From a bacterium (GTDB lineage Bacteria; Patescibacteriota; Microgenomatia; UBA8517), in contig CP129472.1 of the NCBI GenBank assembly GCA_030583725.1, positions 593,902 through 657,901 on the forward strand: a DNA stretch of 64,000 nt, written 5' to 3'. The notes below the pieces were generated by a model. The model had not been told where the DNA came from. It made no database searches and saw nothing but the letters and a program-made list of their open reading frames with translations. Shown here in pieces: positions 38,305-48,101 of this stretch (its first letter is position 1; each line of letters starts with the position of its first letter). Position numbers and translations under genes: made by a program.

Positions 38305-38322
38305 AACTCCCAGCCCCGCAAC
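38305..38322. repeat. right copy of 18-bp direct repeat (putative att core)
   Basis: Exact match to 32452-32469. Confidence 0.7.
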
Positions 38323-38343
38323 CAAATAACATATAATTAACCC

Positions 38344-38589
38344 ATGTGGTTTGTATACATTCTTTTGTGTGAAGATAACAGTTTGTATACTGGGTATTCA
38401 AATAACCCCCAAAAAAGGTTTTTAGACCATAAAAGAGGTAAAGGTGGTCATTATACTAGATCTCATAAGCCAATTAAACAAATCTATTTAGAGAAGTTAT
38501 TTACAAAGTCTGAAGCATTAAAAAGAGAATCAGAAATTAAAAGTTGGGGTAGATCTGAAAAAATTAAAAATCTAAAATTAAAAGTTTAA
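38344..38589 (+). CDS. GIY-YIG nuclease superfamily protein (UPF0213-like)
   Basis: VYILLCEDNSLYTGYSNNPQKRFLDH...GGHYT matches the GIY-YIG core. Confidence 0.8.
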   Translation: MWFVYILLCEDNSLYTGYSNNPQKRFLDHKRGKGGHYTRSHKPIKQIYLEKLFTKSEALKRESEIKSWGRSEKIKNLKLKV

Positions 38590-38637
38590 TCTTAAATGGC
38601 AGATTTTCCGTTTTTAAGTTAAACTATATTTATATCT

Positions 38638-39621
38638 ATGAAAAAGAGAGTATTGTCAGGAATTAGGGCAACAGGCAGGCTACATCTAGGAAACTATTTG
38701 GGGGCTGTAAAAGGTATGCTTGAATTACAAGATAGAAGCGACCTTGAAACTTTGTATATGGTGGCTGATCTTCATACCCTAACCACCCCATACGATAAAG
38801 AAACACTAAAAGAATCTACTAAGAATATTGTTCTAGATTATCTCTCTGCTGGTTTGGATCCTGAAAAAACTACTCTGTTCGTCCAATCTTACGTTCCAGA
38901 ACATACAGAACTATTTTACTTATTATCAACTGTCGTAAGTCTTGCTAGGATGCAACACTTACCTACCTATAAAGATAAAATTAAACAACATCCAAATGCC
39001 TCAACTGTTGCACTTCTAAATTATCCTGTTTTGATGGCTTCTGATATTTTGATTTACAATGCTTCACTTGTTCCTGTTGGCATTGATCAAGAACCACACC
39101 TTGAAGTTACAAGAGAAATTGCAAGAAAAATGAATGATATATATGGAACAAGATTTCCTGAGCCTATTCGTTTTGCAACAAAAGGTGAGTATGTGCCATC
39201 ACTCTCAGGTGAAGGAAAAATGAGTAAGTCAGTAGAAGGTAGTTATATTAACTTAAGTGATGACATAAAAACTATCCAAAAAAGATTAGCAGGAGCTCCA
39301 ACCGATTCAGGAAAAGGAGAAGTCCTACCAACAGTTGGGGGAGTAGCCAACTTACTGAAGTTTGTAGAACTTTTTGAAGGAATTGAAAAAAGAAAAATGT
39401 ATGAAGAAAAATACACAAGCGATGGAATTAGATATGGTGATTTAAAGAAGGAGTTGGCAGATGCAATTTACAAAGAATTAAAACCGATTCAAGAAAAAAG
39501 GAAAGAGTTAGAACATAAAACAACTTATGTTAATGATGTAATTAAAAATGGAGCAGAAAAAGCAAGACAGATTGCGAGTGAAACAGTTTTGGAAGTGAAA
39601 GAAAAGATGGGACTTGACTAA
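38638..39621 (+). CDS. trpS: tryptophan--tRNA ligase
   Basis: HIGH-type motif HLGNYLG and KMSKS. Size of 327 aa is typical for bacterial TrpRS. Confidence 0.9.
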   Translation: MKKRVLSGIRATGRLHLGNYLGAVKGMLELQDRSDLETLYMVADLHTLTTPYDKETLKESTKNIVLDYLSAGLDPEKTTLFVQSYVPEHTELFYLLSTVVSLARMQHLPTYKDKIKQHPNASTVALLNYPVLMASDILIYNASLVPVGIDQEPHLEVTREIARKMNDIYGTRFPEPIRFATKGEYVPSLSGEGKMSKSVEGSYINLSDDIKTIQKRLAGAPTDSGKGEVLPTVGGVANLLKFVELFEGIEKRKMYEEKYTSDGIRYGDLKKELADAIYKELKPIQEKRKELEHKTTYVNDVIKNGAEKARQIASETVLEVKEKMGLD

Positions 39622-39623
39622 GT

Positions 39624-39640
39624 TGTACATTTTGTACATA
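39624..39640 (+). promoter_or_regulatory. TGTACA-N3-TGTACA operator/promoter upstream of vapB-like gene
   Basis: TGTACATTTTGTACATAAT. The same architecture recurs at 52694-52710. Confidence 0.45.
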
Positions 39641-39651
39641 ATATACTTATT

Positions 39652-39912
39652 ATGAATATTTATCCTAAGGCATTTAGCGCTACTGAGCTCAAAACCAATC
39701 CTTCTGAGATTTTAAACCTTGCTGTCTACGGAGGATATGAAGTGATGATAGAAAAGTATGGTGTGGAAATAGCAAAAGTAGTTCCTGTTAAAAAAACTAT
39801 AAAAAGAACCGATTATAAAGATATTTTGAAAAAATACGCTGGAAGTATCCCAGATTTTCCTGATGTTACTTCCTTTAGAAGGAACAGAAAATATGTCAAA
39901 ATATTTGATTGA
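39652..39912 (+). CDS. type II antitoxin (Phd/YefM- or VapB-like)
   Basis: 86 aa, overlaps the downstream PIN gene, and is preceded by a palindromic operator. Confidence 0.55.
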   Translation: MNIYPKAFSATELKTNPSEILNLAVYGGYEVMIEKYGVEIAKVVPVKKTIKRTDYKDILKKYAGSIPDFPDVTSFRRNRKYVKIFD

Positions 39913-40285
39913 TACAAATATTTTTGTTGATTTATTAAGAGATAATTTAGATATACAGAATTTTTCAGTCAAAGGCGATTTGGCAACTTGTTCAATTACT
40001 TTATGCGAATTGTATTACGGAGCTGAAAAAACATCCAAACCTAGTAGCTCAATAGAGGGAATTGAAAGTTTGACCAAGGATTTAAACTTGAGAATTCTAG
40101 ATTTTGACGAGAATACAAGTAAAATATTTGCCAAAATTAAAATAGAATTAGAAAAGATTGGTCAGAGGTTGGAGGATTTTGATTTAATGATTGCAGCGAC
40201 GGCAATCCAAAACGATATGGTTCTGGTGACGAACAACTTAAAACATTTTAAGAGAATAAAAGGTTTAAAAATATGGACACAATAA
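39893..40285 (+). CDS. vapC: PIN-domain toxin VapC
   Basis: An internal start gives MSKYLIDTNIFVDLL. The conserved acidic residues of the PIN fold are present. Confidence 0.75.
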   Translation: MSKYLIDTNIFVDLLRDNLDIQNFSVKGDLATCSITLCELYYGAEKTSKPSSSIEGIESLTKDLNLRILDFDENTSKIFAKIKIELEKIGQRLEDFDLMIAATAIQNDMVLVTNNLKHFKRIKGLKIWTQ

Positions 40286-40623
40286 GCTTTAATGATTTTG
40301 AAAAAATAGACATTAGGATTGGTACTGTTGTTGAAGCATCTGTTCCTGAGTGGAGTCACTGGGTGATGAAAATAAAAGCAGATTTTGGAGAAGAGCTAGG
40401 AATAAAACAAGCCTTTTCTGGAATAATGAAGTTTTACAAACCAGAAGACTTAACAGGAAAGCAGTTTCCATTCGTAGTTAATTTAAAACCCAAAACAATA
40501 GGGCCTGAAAAAGAGTTAAGTGAAGTGATGATGGTAATGGCAGTACCCAAAGAAGATGAAGAGACTCCAACAGTTTTATTCAGTCTTCCTGAAGTTGTTC
40601 CGAATGGGACAAAGGTTCGCTAA
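40273..40623 (+). CDS. tRNA-binding protein (CsaA/Trbp111, OB-fold)
   Basis: FEKIDIRIGTVVEA...KADFGEE...GKQFPFVVNLKP matches the tRNA-binding OB domain. Confidence 0.75.
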   Translation: MDTISFNDFEKIDIRIGTVVEASVPEWSHWVMKIKADFGEELGIKQAFSGIMKFYKPEDLTGKQFPFVVNLKPKTIGPEKELSEVMMVMAVPKEDEETPTVLFSLPEVVPNGTKVR

Positions 40624-40662
40624 ATACTAAATTCTTGTGATATACTCACATACGTATAAACT

Positions 40663-42597
40663 ATGAAGCTAAATCAAGTCAAAAAAGAAACAAAGAATGT
40701 TTCTACTGGTGAACCAAAGAACTCCAAAAAACCTGCCAAAAAACAAGTAACTGTAAAATTTAAAGTAAATATTTGGACTGTGGTTTTTGGGATACTCCTA
40801 ATTCTTTTTTTTGTACCCCCTCTTTTTTCAATGTTTGGAATTTCAAATGTAGACACTAAAATTGATCTGTCCGTTGCGTTAGATGATATAAGACAAGAAA
40901 AAATAGAAAAAGTAGTAATTGAAAAAGATAATTTAGTTTTAAGTTATAAAGACGGTTCAACAAAAATAACCACCAAAGAAGAAGGTCAAAGTTTTACAGA
41001 CCTTTTAGAAAATGCCAAAATTGATGTCTCTTCTGTTGGTTTCTCTATAACTGACCAAACAGTGGCTAAGGCCGTTGCTGAAGTTCTAAGTATCGTTTTA
41101 CCAATTATTCTATTCGCAGGAATTTTCCTTTACATAATGCGTTCACAAACGAGAGGGGCGCAAGATATCTTTTCATTTGGTAGAAGTAAAGCAAAAATGT
41201 TTGCCAAGGGTAAACAAAATGTGAAGTTTGCTGATGTTGCGGGAGTTGATGAGGCCAAAAAAGAGTTAGTTGAGGTTGTTGATTTTCTTAAAAATCCTGA
41301 AAAATATAGAAAAATAGGTGCCAGAACTCCAAAGGGAGTACTTTTGTTTGGCCCTTCAGGTGTAGGTAAGACAATGCTTGCAAAAGCTGTTGCTGGTGAA
41401 GCTAATGTTCCATTTTTCTCAATGGCTGGTTCAGAATTTATGGAAATGTTAGTTGGTATTGGTGCGTCGCGAGTACGTGATTTATTTGCACAAGCAAAAG
41501 CTCAAGCACCATCAATTATTTTTATAGATGAAATTGATGCAATAGGTAGACAGAGAGGAAGAAGTGGAATGGTTGGGGGACATGATGAAAGGGAACAAAC
41601 TTTAAATCAAATTTTAGTTGAGATGGATGGCTTTACTCCTAACGAGTCGGTAATTGTACTTGCTGCCACAAATAGAGGTGATCTTTTAGACCCAGCACTT
41701 TTAAGACCTGGAAGATTTGATAGAAGAGTAACACTTGATATGCCTGACAAAGAAGGAAGAGTGGCAATTCTAAAAATTCATTCTCAAGGCAAAACTTTTG
41801 GGAAAGATATTAATTGGGGGAGAATCGCAGACAGAACAGTAGGCTTTTCTGGGGCAGACTTGGAGAACATGTTAAATGAGGCGGCAATTGGGGCAGCAAG
41901 ACTAAACAAGGCAGAAATTGATATGGGTGACGTTGAAGAATCGGCAACTAAGGTTAAAATGGGACCTGCCAAAAAGAGACTTCAAAGTCTAAATGACAAG
42001 AAAATAACTGCATACCATGAGGCGGGCCATGCAATTGTTACTCACTATACAAAGGATATGGACCCAGTTCATAGAATTTCAATTGTGGCTCGAGGTATGA
42101 GTCTGGGCCACACCTTAATTCCACCTGCGGCAGACAGAACCCATGACACCAAGACAAGACTTTTAAATCAGATATCTGCAATGATGGGTGGACGTGCTGC
42201 TGAGCAGTTTAAATTTAACGAGATGACTAGTGGTGCAAGTAATGATATTGCGGTCGCAACAAGAATTGCAAAGGCTATGGTTGTGGAGTGGGGAATGAGT
42301 AGTTTAGGTCCAGTTAATTATGGTCCAGATGTTCAAGCTGGAGAATTTGGCCAGACTGAATATTATCAAGAAAATGCAGTTTCTCCTTCTACACAAGAAA
42401 AAATAGATGCTGAAGTTAGAAAAATACTTGAAACTGCACTCAAAAATGCTGAAAACTTAATTAAGAAACATAAAAATAAACTTGAGGAAGTGGCTAAGTC
42501 ACTACTTAAAGATGAAACAATGGACAGAGAATCATTTGAAAAAATTGTCGGTAAAAAAGAAGAACCTGTATTATTAGAAAAGGTGGTGATTAAATAA
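40663..42597 (+). CDS. ftsH: ATP-dependent zinc metalloprotease FtsH
   Basis: Two N-terminal TM helices, AAA Walker A GPSGVGKT, the SRH region, and the HEAGHA zinc site. Confidence 0.9.
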   Translation: MKLNQVKKETKNVSTGEPKNSKKPAKKQVTVKFKVNIWTVVFGILLILFFVPPLFSMFGISNVDTKIDLSVALDDIRQEKIEKVVIEKDNLVLSYKDGSTKITTKEEGQSFTDLLENAKIDVSSVGFSITDQTVAKAVAEVLSIVLPIILFAGIFLYIMRSQTRGAQDIFSFGRSKAKMFAKGKQNVKFADVAGVDEAKKELVEVVDFLKNPEKYRKIGARTPKGVLLFGPSGVGKTMLAKAVAGEANVPFFSMAGSEFMEMLVGIGASRVRDLFAQAKAQAPSIIFIDEIDAIGRQRGRSGMVGGHDEREQTLNQILVEMDGFTPNESVIVLAATNRGDLLDPALLRPGRFDRRVTLDMPDKEGRVAILKIHSQGKTFGKDINWGRIADRTVGFSGADLENMLNEAAIGAARLNKAEIDMGDVEESATKVKMGPAKKRLQSLNDKKITAYHEAGHAIVTHYTKDMDPVHRISIVARGMSLGHTLIPPAADRTHDTKTRLLNQISAMMGGRAAEQFKFNEMTSGASNDIAVATRIAKAMVVEWGMSSLGPVNYGPDVQAGEFGQTEYYQENAVSPSTQEKIDAEVRKILETALKNAENLIKKHKNKLEEVAKSLLKDETMDRESFEKIVGKKEEPVLLEKVVIK

Positions 42598-42598
42598 T

Positions 42599-42838
42599 AT
42601 GGCATATAAAAGATTGCAAATCAACTATAATAGTTATGTTAGATTTTTAAATCTGGGAAATAGTCAAAAAGTTGATCCAGAAGTACAAGAAGAAGGGGGT
42701 GGAGATTTAACTGAACAAGCTTGGGAAAGAAAACAGGCAGGTTTAGATGAGGGGGGAGTATTAGTTGGTCAGATTCAATTTGACGAACCTACTTTAGAGA
42801 AAATAAGAGCCAAAAATAGCAAAGGTAAGGAACTTTAA
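42599..42838 (+). CDS. hypothetical protein
   Basis: 79-aa ORF. Confidence 0.25.
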   Translation: MAYKRLQINYNSYVRFLNLGNSQKVDPEVQEEGGGDLTEQAWERKQAGLDEGGVLVGQIQFDEPTLEKIRAKNSKGKEL

Positions 42839-43360
42839 AGATTTACCTAAAAACGTAGCCAGTAGAAATTTTTTGATAGGGTATTTGGTTGCCCCAGCAA
42901 ACATACCTGCGAGGTCAAAAAGTGGGTTTGGTATTGCTCCTAATATAAAAAGTGTCAAAAATCCTGACTTATTCATCCACTTTTCTATTTTTTTAAAATG
43001 TTTATGGTCGGTTACTACAACACGTCCACCGACTCCCGCCATAAAGCCTGTCAATTCCCCAATAGTGGCACCCAAAGCTACCACAAGTCCTATAAGGAGA
43101 GGATTGTAGATAGATCCACCCACAAGGGCTGAGATGATGACAGGTGCTGGTATTGCTATAGTGGCGTTACCTAAGACGCTAATTAAAAAAATTCCCAAAA
43201 TTCCATAGCCCTGAAGTTTTTCTAGGTCATTTCTAAAATAAATAATAACTCCACTAATTAATACTGAAGCAAAAATTAATAAATATTTAACAATTTTTTC
43301 TTTGTTATTACTAAACCATTTTTTTACCACGAAGTGGCAAGCTTTGCTTATTTTTGACAT
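42794..43360 (-). CDS. DedA/TVP38 (SNARE-associated) family membrane protein
   Basis: Multi-TM protein with the GAIPNPLFDLAGMFAG segment typical of DedA. Confidence 0.65.
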   Translation of the reverse strand: MSKISKACHFVVKKWFSNNKEKIVKYLLIFASVLISGVIIYFRNDLEKLQGYGILGIFLISVLGNATIAIPAPVIISALVGGSIYNPLLIGLVVALGATIGELTGFMAGVGGRVVVTDHKHFKKIEKWMNKSGFLTLFILGAIPNPLFDLAGMFAGATKYPIKKFLLATFLGKSLKFLTFAIFGSYFL

Positions 43361-43394
43361 AACTATATTCTAACTGTAAAATCGTTTATATAAA

Positions 43395-43616
43395 ATGACA
43401 TTATCAATCCCAGAAAACTTAAAAGAAGAAATGGCTGACTTTTTAGGTTCACTATCCGATCGTGACCATAAAATGCTTCAATTAAAAGTTAAGGGGATGA
43501 CAAACTTTTTGCGAAAGGCTGCTAGACGTATGCCAAATGGGTGCACAATAGGTAGGTGGGATGATAAGGGAGGACAAACTCCAAATGAAATAGACACAGA
43601 TGATACTAACCCTTAA
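43395..43616 (+). CDS. hypothetical protein
   Basis: 73-aa ORF. Confidence 0.25.
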   Translation: MTLSIPENLKEEMADFLGSLSDRDHKMLQLKVKGMTNFLRKAARRMPNGCTIGRWDDKGGQTPNEIDTDDTNP

Positions 43617-43651
43617 ACATTTTTTTATCTTCAAACTGATATAATAGCTTC

Positions 43652-44566
43652 ATGAGCAAGCTCGTAATTTTTGATGGGAATGCAATAATGTATCGTGCAT
43701 TTCACGCACTTCCACCGCTAACTTCAAAATCTGGTGAACAAATAAACGCACTTTATGGACTTGTTTCAATGCTTATTAACATTGTAGAAAATTTAAAACC
43801 CACTCACATTATTTTTTGTTTTGATGAGAAAGAAAAAACATTTAGAAATGAATTACTTCCAACATATCAGTCTCAAAGGCCTGAAATTCCATCTGAGTTG
43901 ATACCACAATTTAAAAAAGCACGTGACTTTTTAAAATCTGTAAATATTCCTGTTTATTCAAAGTCTGGTTACGAGGCGGACGACGTAATAGGTACAATAA
44001 CAAAACTAGTAGTCACTAGTTTCCCACTAATTAACGAGACAGTGATTGTTACTGGTGACAGAGATATATTACAACTTGTTGATGACAAGAATAATATTAA
44101 ATTATTTATGCCGATAGCGGGTCTTTCAAATGGCAAAATATTTGCGGAAAAAGAAACCATAGAAAGGTTAGGAGTACCACCTACCAAAATACCTGATTAC
44201 AAAGCACTCGTAGGGGATCCGTCCGATAACTATTTTGGTATACCAGGAATAGGTCCAAAGACTGCCACTTCACTTTTGACCGAATATGAGACTTTAGATG
44301 GAATTTATGAACACATTGATGAAGTTCCTGAAAAGTTAAGAGAGAAGCTTATTGATGGTAAAGAGTCAGCATATCTTTCTTACAAACTTGCGACTATTGT
44401 CAAAAATGTTCCAATTAAAATTGATATAGAAACGTCAAATAATTTCGATTTGGTTTCGGAAAATGTATTAAAGCTTTTTGAGGAGTATGGTTTCAAAACT
44501 TTAACTGCTAGAATAAAGAAATTAGGAGAACAAATAGAAAAAGAAAAACAAGGATCACTATTTTAA
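43652..44566 (+). CDS. 5'-3' exonuclease (FEN-like, Pol I N-terminal domain homolog)
   Basis: LVIFDGNAIMYRAFHA, GYEADDVIGT, DRDILQL and an HhH segment GIPGIGPKTA. Confidence 0.85.
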   Translation: MSKLVIFDGNAIMYRAFHALPPLTSKSGEQINALYGLVSMLINIVENLKPTHIIFCFDEKEKTFRNELLPTYQSQRPEIPSELIPQFKKARDFLKSVNIPVYSKSGYEADDVIGTITKLVVTSFPLINETVIVTGDRDILQLVDDKNNIKLFMPIAGLSNGKIFAEKETIERLGVPPTKIPDYKALVGDPSDNYFGIPGIGPKTATSLLTEYETLDGIYEHIDEVPEKLREKLIDGKESAYLSYKLATIVKNVPIKIDIETSNNFDLVSENVLKLFEEYGFKTLTARIKKLGEQIEKEKQGSLF

Positions 44567-44569
44567 AAA

Positions 44570-45733
44570 ATGAAAATAATAAGCAAAGCTTTGCAAAATA
44601 AGAATTTTGTAAAAGTCGCAATCGTACATGATTATTTAAAAGAGTTTGGGGGAGCTGAAAAAGTTGTTGAAGCTCTCCTCGAAATTTGGCCAGATGCACC
44701 AGTCTATACATCTGTTTTTCTTCCAAAATACGCAGGACCTCACAGAGAAAGAATTGAGAAGTGGAATATAAAAACATCAATTTTGCAACACATTCCTTTT
44801 AAAGCAAAACTGATTAGTATGTTTAGATTTGTTGCACCCTTTATTTTTGGATTTATAGACTTATCAAAGTTTGATGTGGTTATTACATCGAATGCAGGAA
44901 CCTATACATCTCCAAATTTTGTAAAAGTTAGTAAAAAGACACTGTTTATCGCCTACTATCACACTCCACCTAGATATTTATATGGCTACCCAGTAGCAAA
45001 TGACTGGACTAATAACTGGTTTAGAAGAACATTATTAGTTTTGGGTCAAATCCCAATGCATTTTTTAAGAATCTTAGATTTTAAATCTGCACAGTTTCCA
45101 AATTATTTATTAACCAACTCAAACGAAGTAAAGAGTAGGGTATCAAAATTTTACAGAAGAGACTCAAAAGTTATTTATCCTCCAGTTGAAATCCCAGATA
45201 TTAGACCAAACATTGTAAAAGAAAATTATTACTTAATAGGTGGTAGGGTATCAAGACATAAAGGACACGATATAGCAATTTCTGCTTTTACCAAACTGGG
45301 ACTACCTCTAAAAGTTTTTGGTGGAACCTTTGCATCATATGGTTTAGACCAATTTAAAAAGAATGCTGGCAAGAACGTCGAGTTCTTGGGAGAAGTTACG
45401 GATAGCGAAAAATGGGAGTTAATGAGAAGTGCAAAAGCTTTTATCTTTCCATCAGAACAAGAAGACTTTGGAATAATTCCAGTTGAAGCAATGGCTGCTG
45501 GAACTCCCGTCATCGCTCTAAACCAAGGGGGTGTAAAAGAAACAGTAGTTGATGGCAAAACTGGAATATTTTTTGAAGAAAGAACCCCAGAATCATTGGC
45601 TCAAGCCGTTATGAAATTTACAAAAATGAAATTTAAACCAGAAGACTGTATCAAGCAGGCCAAGAAATTTAGTAAAGAAAGATTTAAAAAAGAAATGCTA
45701 CAATTTGTATATGAAAAGCTTAAAGAAAAGTAG
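44570..45733 (+). CDS. glycosyltransferase family 4
   Basis: GT4 signature EDFGIIPVEAMAAGTPVIA. Confidence 0.8.
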   Translation: MKIISKALQNKNFVKVAIVHDYLKEFGGAEKVVEALLEIWPDAPVYTSVFLPKYAGPHRERIEKWNIKTSILQHIPFKAKLISMFRFVAPFIFGFIDLSKFDVVITSNAGTYTSPNFVKVSKKTLFIAYYHTPPRYLYGYPVANDWTNNWFRRTLLVLGQIPMHFLRILDFKSAQFPNYLLTNSNEVKSRVSKFYRRDSKVIYPPVEIPDIRPNIVKENYYLIGGRVSRHKGHDIAISAFTKLGLPLKVFGGTFASYGLDQFKKNAGKNVEFLGEVTDSEKWELMRSAKAFIFPSEQEDFGIIPVEAMAAGTPVIALNQGGVKETVVDGKTGIFFEERTPESLAQAVMKFTKMKFKPEDCIKQAKKFSKERFKKEMLQFVYEKLKEK

Positions 45734-46169
45734 TATAGCTCCACTTGTAATAATTTTAGTTTCGATTATCTCAGTTTTTATAGTTTCAAGGCTTATTACC
45801 TTCTCAATAATGGAATGGAAAATATTACCACCATTTTTATTTGCAGTTGTTGGAGAATTTAGGCTTCATCATCTTGTATATGGAAACATACTTATTACTA
45901 TTACAAGTTTTCTAGCCATTGGGCTTGGAATTAGGAAACATAAAAACTGGTTTGCATTATTTTATGGTATTGGACTTGGCTTAGTGTTAGATGAGTTTTT
46001 GCTTTGGATTGGAGATGTAGAACAATTAACAAGTAATGTTTTATGGATTCCATATTCAGGTACAATAATCGCCGTTGTCTCAATTATTATTGCAACAATC
46101 ATAATGTTTAGGCTCTATCAAATTAAGCCAATTCACCATCGCCATAGTTTTAAATTAGTTAAAAAATAA
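45705..46169 (+). CDS. membrane protein, unknown function
   Basis: Four predicted TM helices. Confidence 0.35.
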   Translation: MYMKSLKKSSIAPLVIILVSIISVFIVSRLITFSIMEWKILPPFLFAVVGEFRLHHLVYGNILITITSFLAIGLGIRKHKNWFALFYGIGLGLVLDEFLLWIGDVEQLTSNVLWIPYSGTIIAVVSIIIATIIMFRLYQIKPIHHRHSFKLVKK

Positions 46170-46171
46170 TT

Positions 46172-46729
46172 ATGCAAATTAATAAATCATTAAAAGTACT
46201 TTTTACGCTTAACTCAATTTTCGTATTTGGTGGGTCGCTTTTTGGCCCACTTTATGCAATTTATGTGCAAGGTCTAGACAACAAAATTGTTACAGTAAGT
46301 TTGTCATGGGCTGTTTTTATGCTTTCCTCAACAGTATTTATGGCTTTCGTATCAAAGTATGGTGATAAGGTAAAAGAGCAAGAATATTTATTGGCCGGTG
46401 GCTTTTTGGTGAGGGCCATTGCTTGGATGGGCTACCTTTTTGTAACAAATATATCAGGGTTAATTTTAATCCAAATTATTTTAGGTTTAGGAGAGGCCTT
46501 GGGAACACCATCTTGGAATGCTATTTTTGCAAAACACTTAGATGGTAAGAAAGAGATTATGGATTACTCAAATTGGAATATTATCAATAATCTATTAGTA
46601 GCTTTCGGTGTAGTATTGGGCGGCGTTTTGGTGACGCACTTTGGGTTTAATGTGTTGTTTGTAGCAATGAGTATGTTGGCTTTGGTCTCTTTTACTGGTG
46701 TGTTGATTACGCCAAGGAGGGTACTTTAA
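46172..46729 (+). CDS. MFS-like membrane protein (half-size)
   Basis: Six predicted TM helices, 185 aa. Confidence 0.35.
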   Translation: MQINKSLKVLFTLNSIFVFGGSLFGPLYAIYVQGLDNKIVTVSLSWAVFMLSSTVFMAFVSKYGDKVKEQEYLLAGGFLVRAIAWMGYLFVTNISGLILIQIILGLGEALGTPSWNAIFAKHLDGKKEIMDYSNWNIINNLLVAFGVVLGGVLVTHFGFNVLFVAMSMLALVSFTGVLITPRRVL

Positions 46730-47593
46730 ATGCCAGAATTACCAGAAGTTGAGACAATGAGAATGCAATTAGAAAAGTTTTTAGTTGGATCTTTAATTTC
46801 TAAAGTTCAAGTTAAAACACCAAGTTATGACTTACCAATCGCTAAATTGGTTAGGGGAAGGGTTCTGGGAGTGAGAAGGTTTGCAAAAGTTACTTCAATA
46901 GATTTAGACAACGGTTATTCAATTCTGACACACGTTAAACTAACTGGACAATTTGTATACAAAGGACCAAAACTTGATGAGAGTCCAATATCTAAAAAAG
47001 TAGTTGGTGGAGTTCCTGGGCCTCACACACACGTTATCTTTGAATTTAGTGATGGTGGAAAACTGTACTACAACGACATTAGAAAATTTGGTTGGGTCAA
47101 AATAGAAAAAACTACTGAAGTTGAAAATGAAAAGTTTGTTAAAGCCCTAGGTCCAGAGCCATTCGGTTCTGTTTATGGTAAACCTTCATTATTAACATTT
47201 GACTACTTTTCAAATTTACTTTCAAAATCAAAACGTAATATTAAAGTGCTTTTAATGGATCAATCAAAGATTGGGGGAGTTGGTAATATATACGCCAATG
47301 ATGCACTCTGGCTTTCTAAAATTAGTCCCAAACGTGCATCTAACTCACTAAGTAATAAAGATTCAAAACTTCTTTTTAATGCAATTGAAACTGTTCTAAA
47401 AAACGGACTAAAATATGGAGGAGCAAGTGAGCTTGCATTTGTAACACCTGATGGCAAGGAAGGAGAGTATCAAAATCACACTTTGGTATATAATCATCAG
47501 GGAGAGGTTTGCAGTCGTTGTAAAACAGAAAAGATAGAAAAGTTTTTCTTGGGAGGAAGGGGAACATATTGGTGTAAAAAATGTCAAAAATGA
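46730..47593 (+). CDS. mutM: formamidopyrimidine-DNA glycosylase
   Basis: N-terminal PELPEVE catalytic Pro/Glu and a C-terminal zinc finger CSRC...CKKC. Confidence 0.85.
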   Translation: MPELPEVETMRMQLEKFLVGSLISKVQVKTPSYDLPIAKLVRGRVLGVRRFAKVTSIDLDNGYSILTHVKLTGQFVYKGPKLDESPISKKVVGGVPGPHTHVIFEFSDGGKLYYNDIRKFGWVKIEKTTEVENEKFVKALGPEPFGSVYGKPSLLTFDYFSNLLSKSKRNIKVLLMDQSKIGGVGNIYANDALWLSKISPKRASNSLSNKDSKLLFNAIETVLKNGLKYGGASELAFVTPDGKEGEYQNHTLVYNHQGEVCSRCKTEKIEKFFLGGRGTYWCKKCQK

Positions 47594-48069
47594 GAAAACC
47601 TAGCCATTACGTGGTAAAAAACAAATTTAAATTTCACCATTCACATATAATAGCAGTTGCTGTTTTGGCTGGATATTTTTTGATATCTAAGGCTCATACC
47701 ATACAGGCTATGAGATCAGGAAATGTTTTAACCAGTTTTATACAACTTTATCTGTTTGGAATTTTTTTTGCTTGTCTTTTTCTGTATGTTTTTTCCCATG
47801 ACAAGTTTTTTGGTTTTGCAAAAGACATTGAAAAAACAGAAAGTAAAAAAGAAAAAAAGTATTTAAATAAATACTTGCATCACGGAAAAATATTGGGGAC
47901 TTTAATAATTGGGTCAATTGGTGGACCTGTTTTCTCTTCACTCACAGCCAGAATTTTACTAAATGATTATTGGTATAAATACCTAATAGTAATTCTTGCT
48001 AACATACCTTCTACAATTATTACAGTGGGGTTGGGAACTGGAATTATTAACGCCTTTAATATTCTTTAA
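47581..48069 (+). CDS. membrane protein, unknown function
   Basis: Hydrophobic 162-aa ORF. Confidence 0.35.
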   Translation: MSKMRKPSHYVVKNKFKFHHSHIIAVAVLAGYFLISKAHTIQAMRSGNVLTSFIQLYLFGIFFACLFLYVFSHDKFFGFAKDIEKTESKKEKKYLNKYLHHGKILGTLIIGSIGGPVFSSLTARILLNDYWYKYLIVILANIPSTIITVGLGTGIINAFNIL

Positions 48070-48101
48070 TTCGGTAGCTTCTTGTATACTACAAATATTT
48101 A

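Larger units (their letters stand above)
32452..38322. mobile_element. integrated element (~5.9 kb) bounded by 18-bp direct repeats, carrying a large serine recombinase
   Basis: AACTCCCAGCCCCGCAAC occurs at 32452-32469 and 38305-38322. The interior holds a serine recombinase, small phage-like ORFs, an XRE regulator and a GC-rich ORF. tRNA-Met lies 330 bp outside the left end. Confidence 0.6.
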
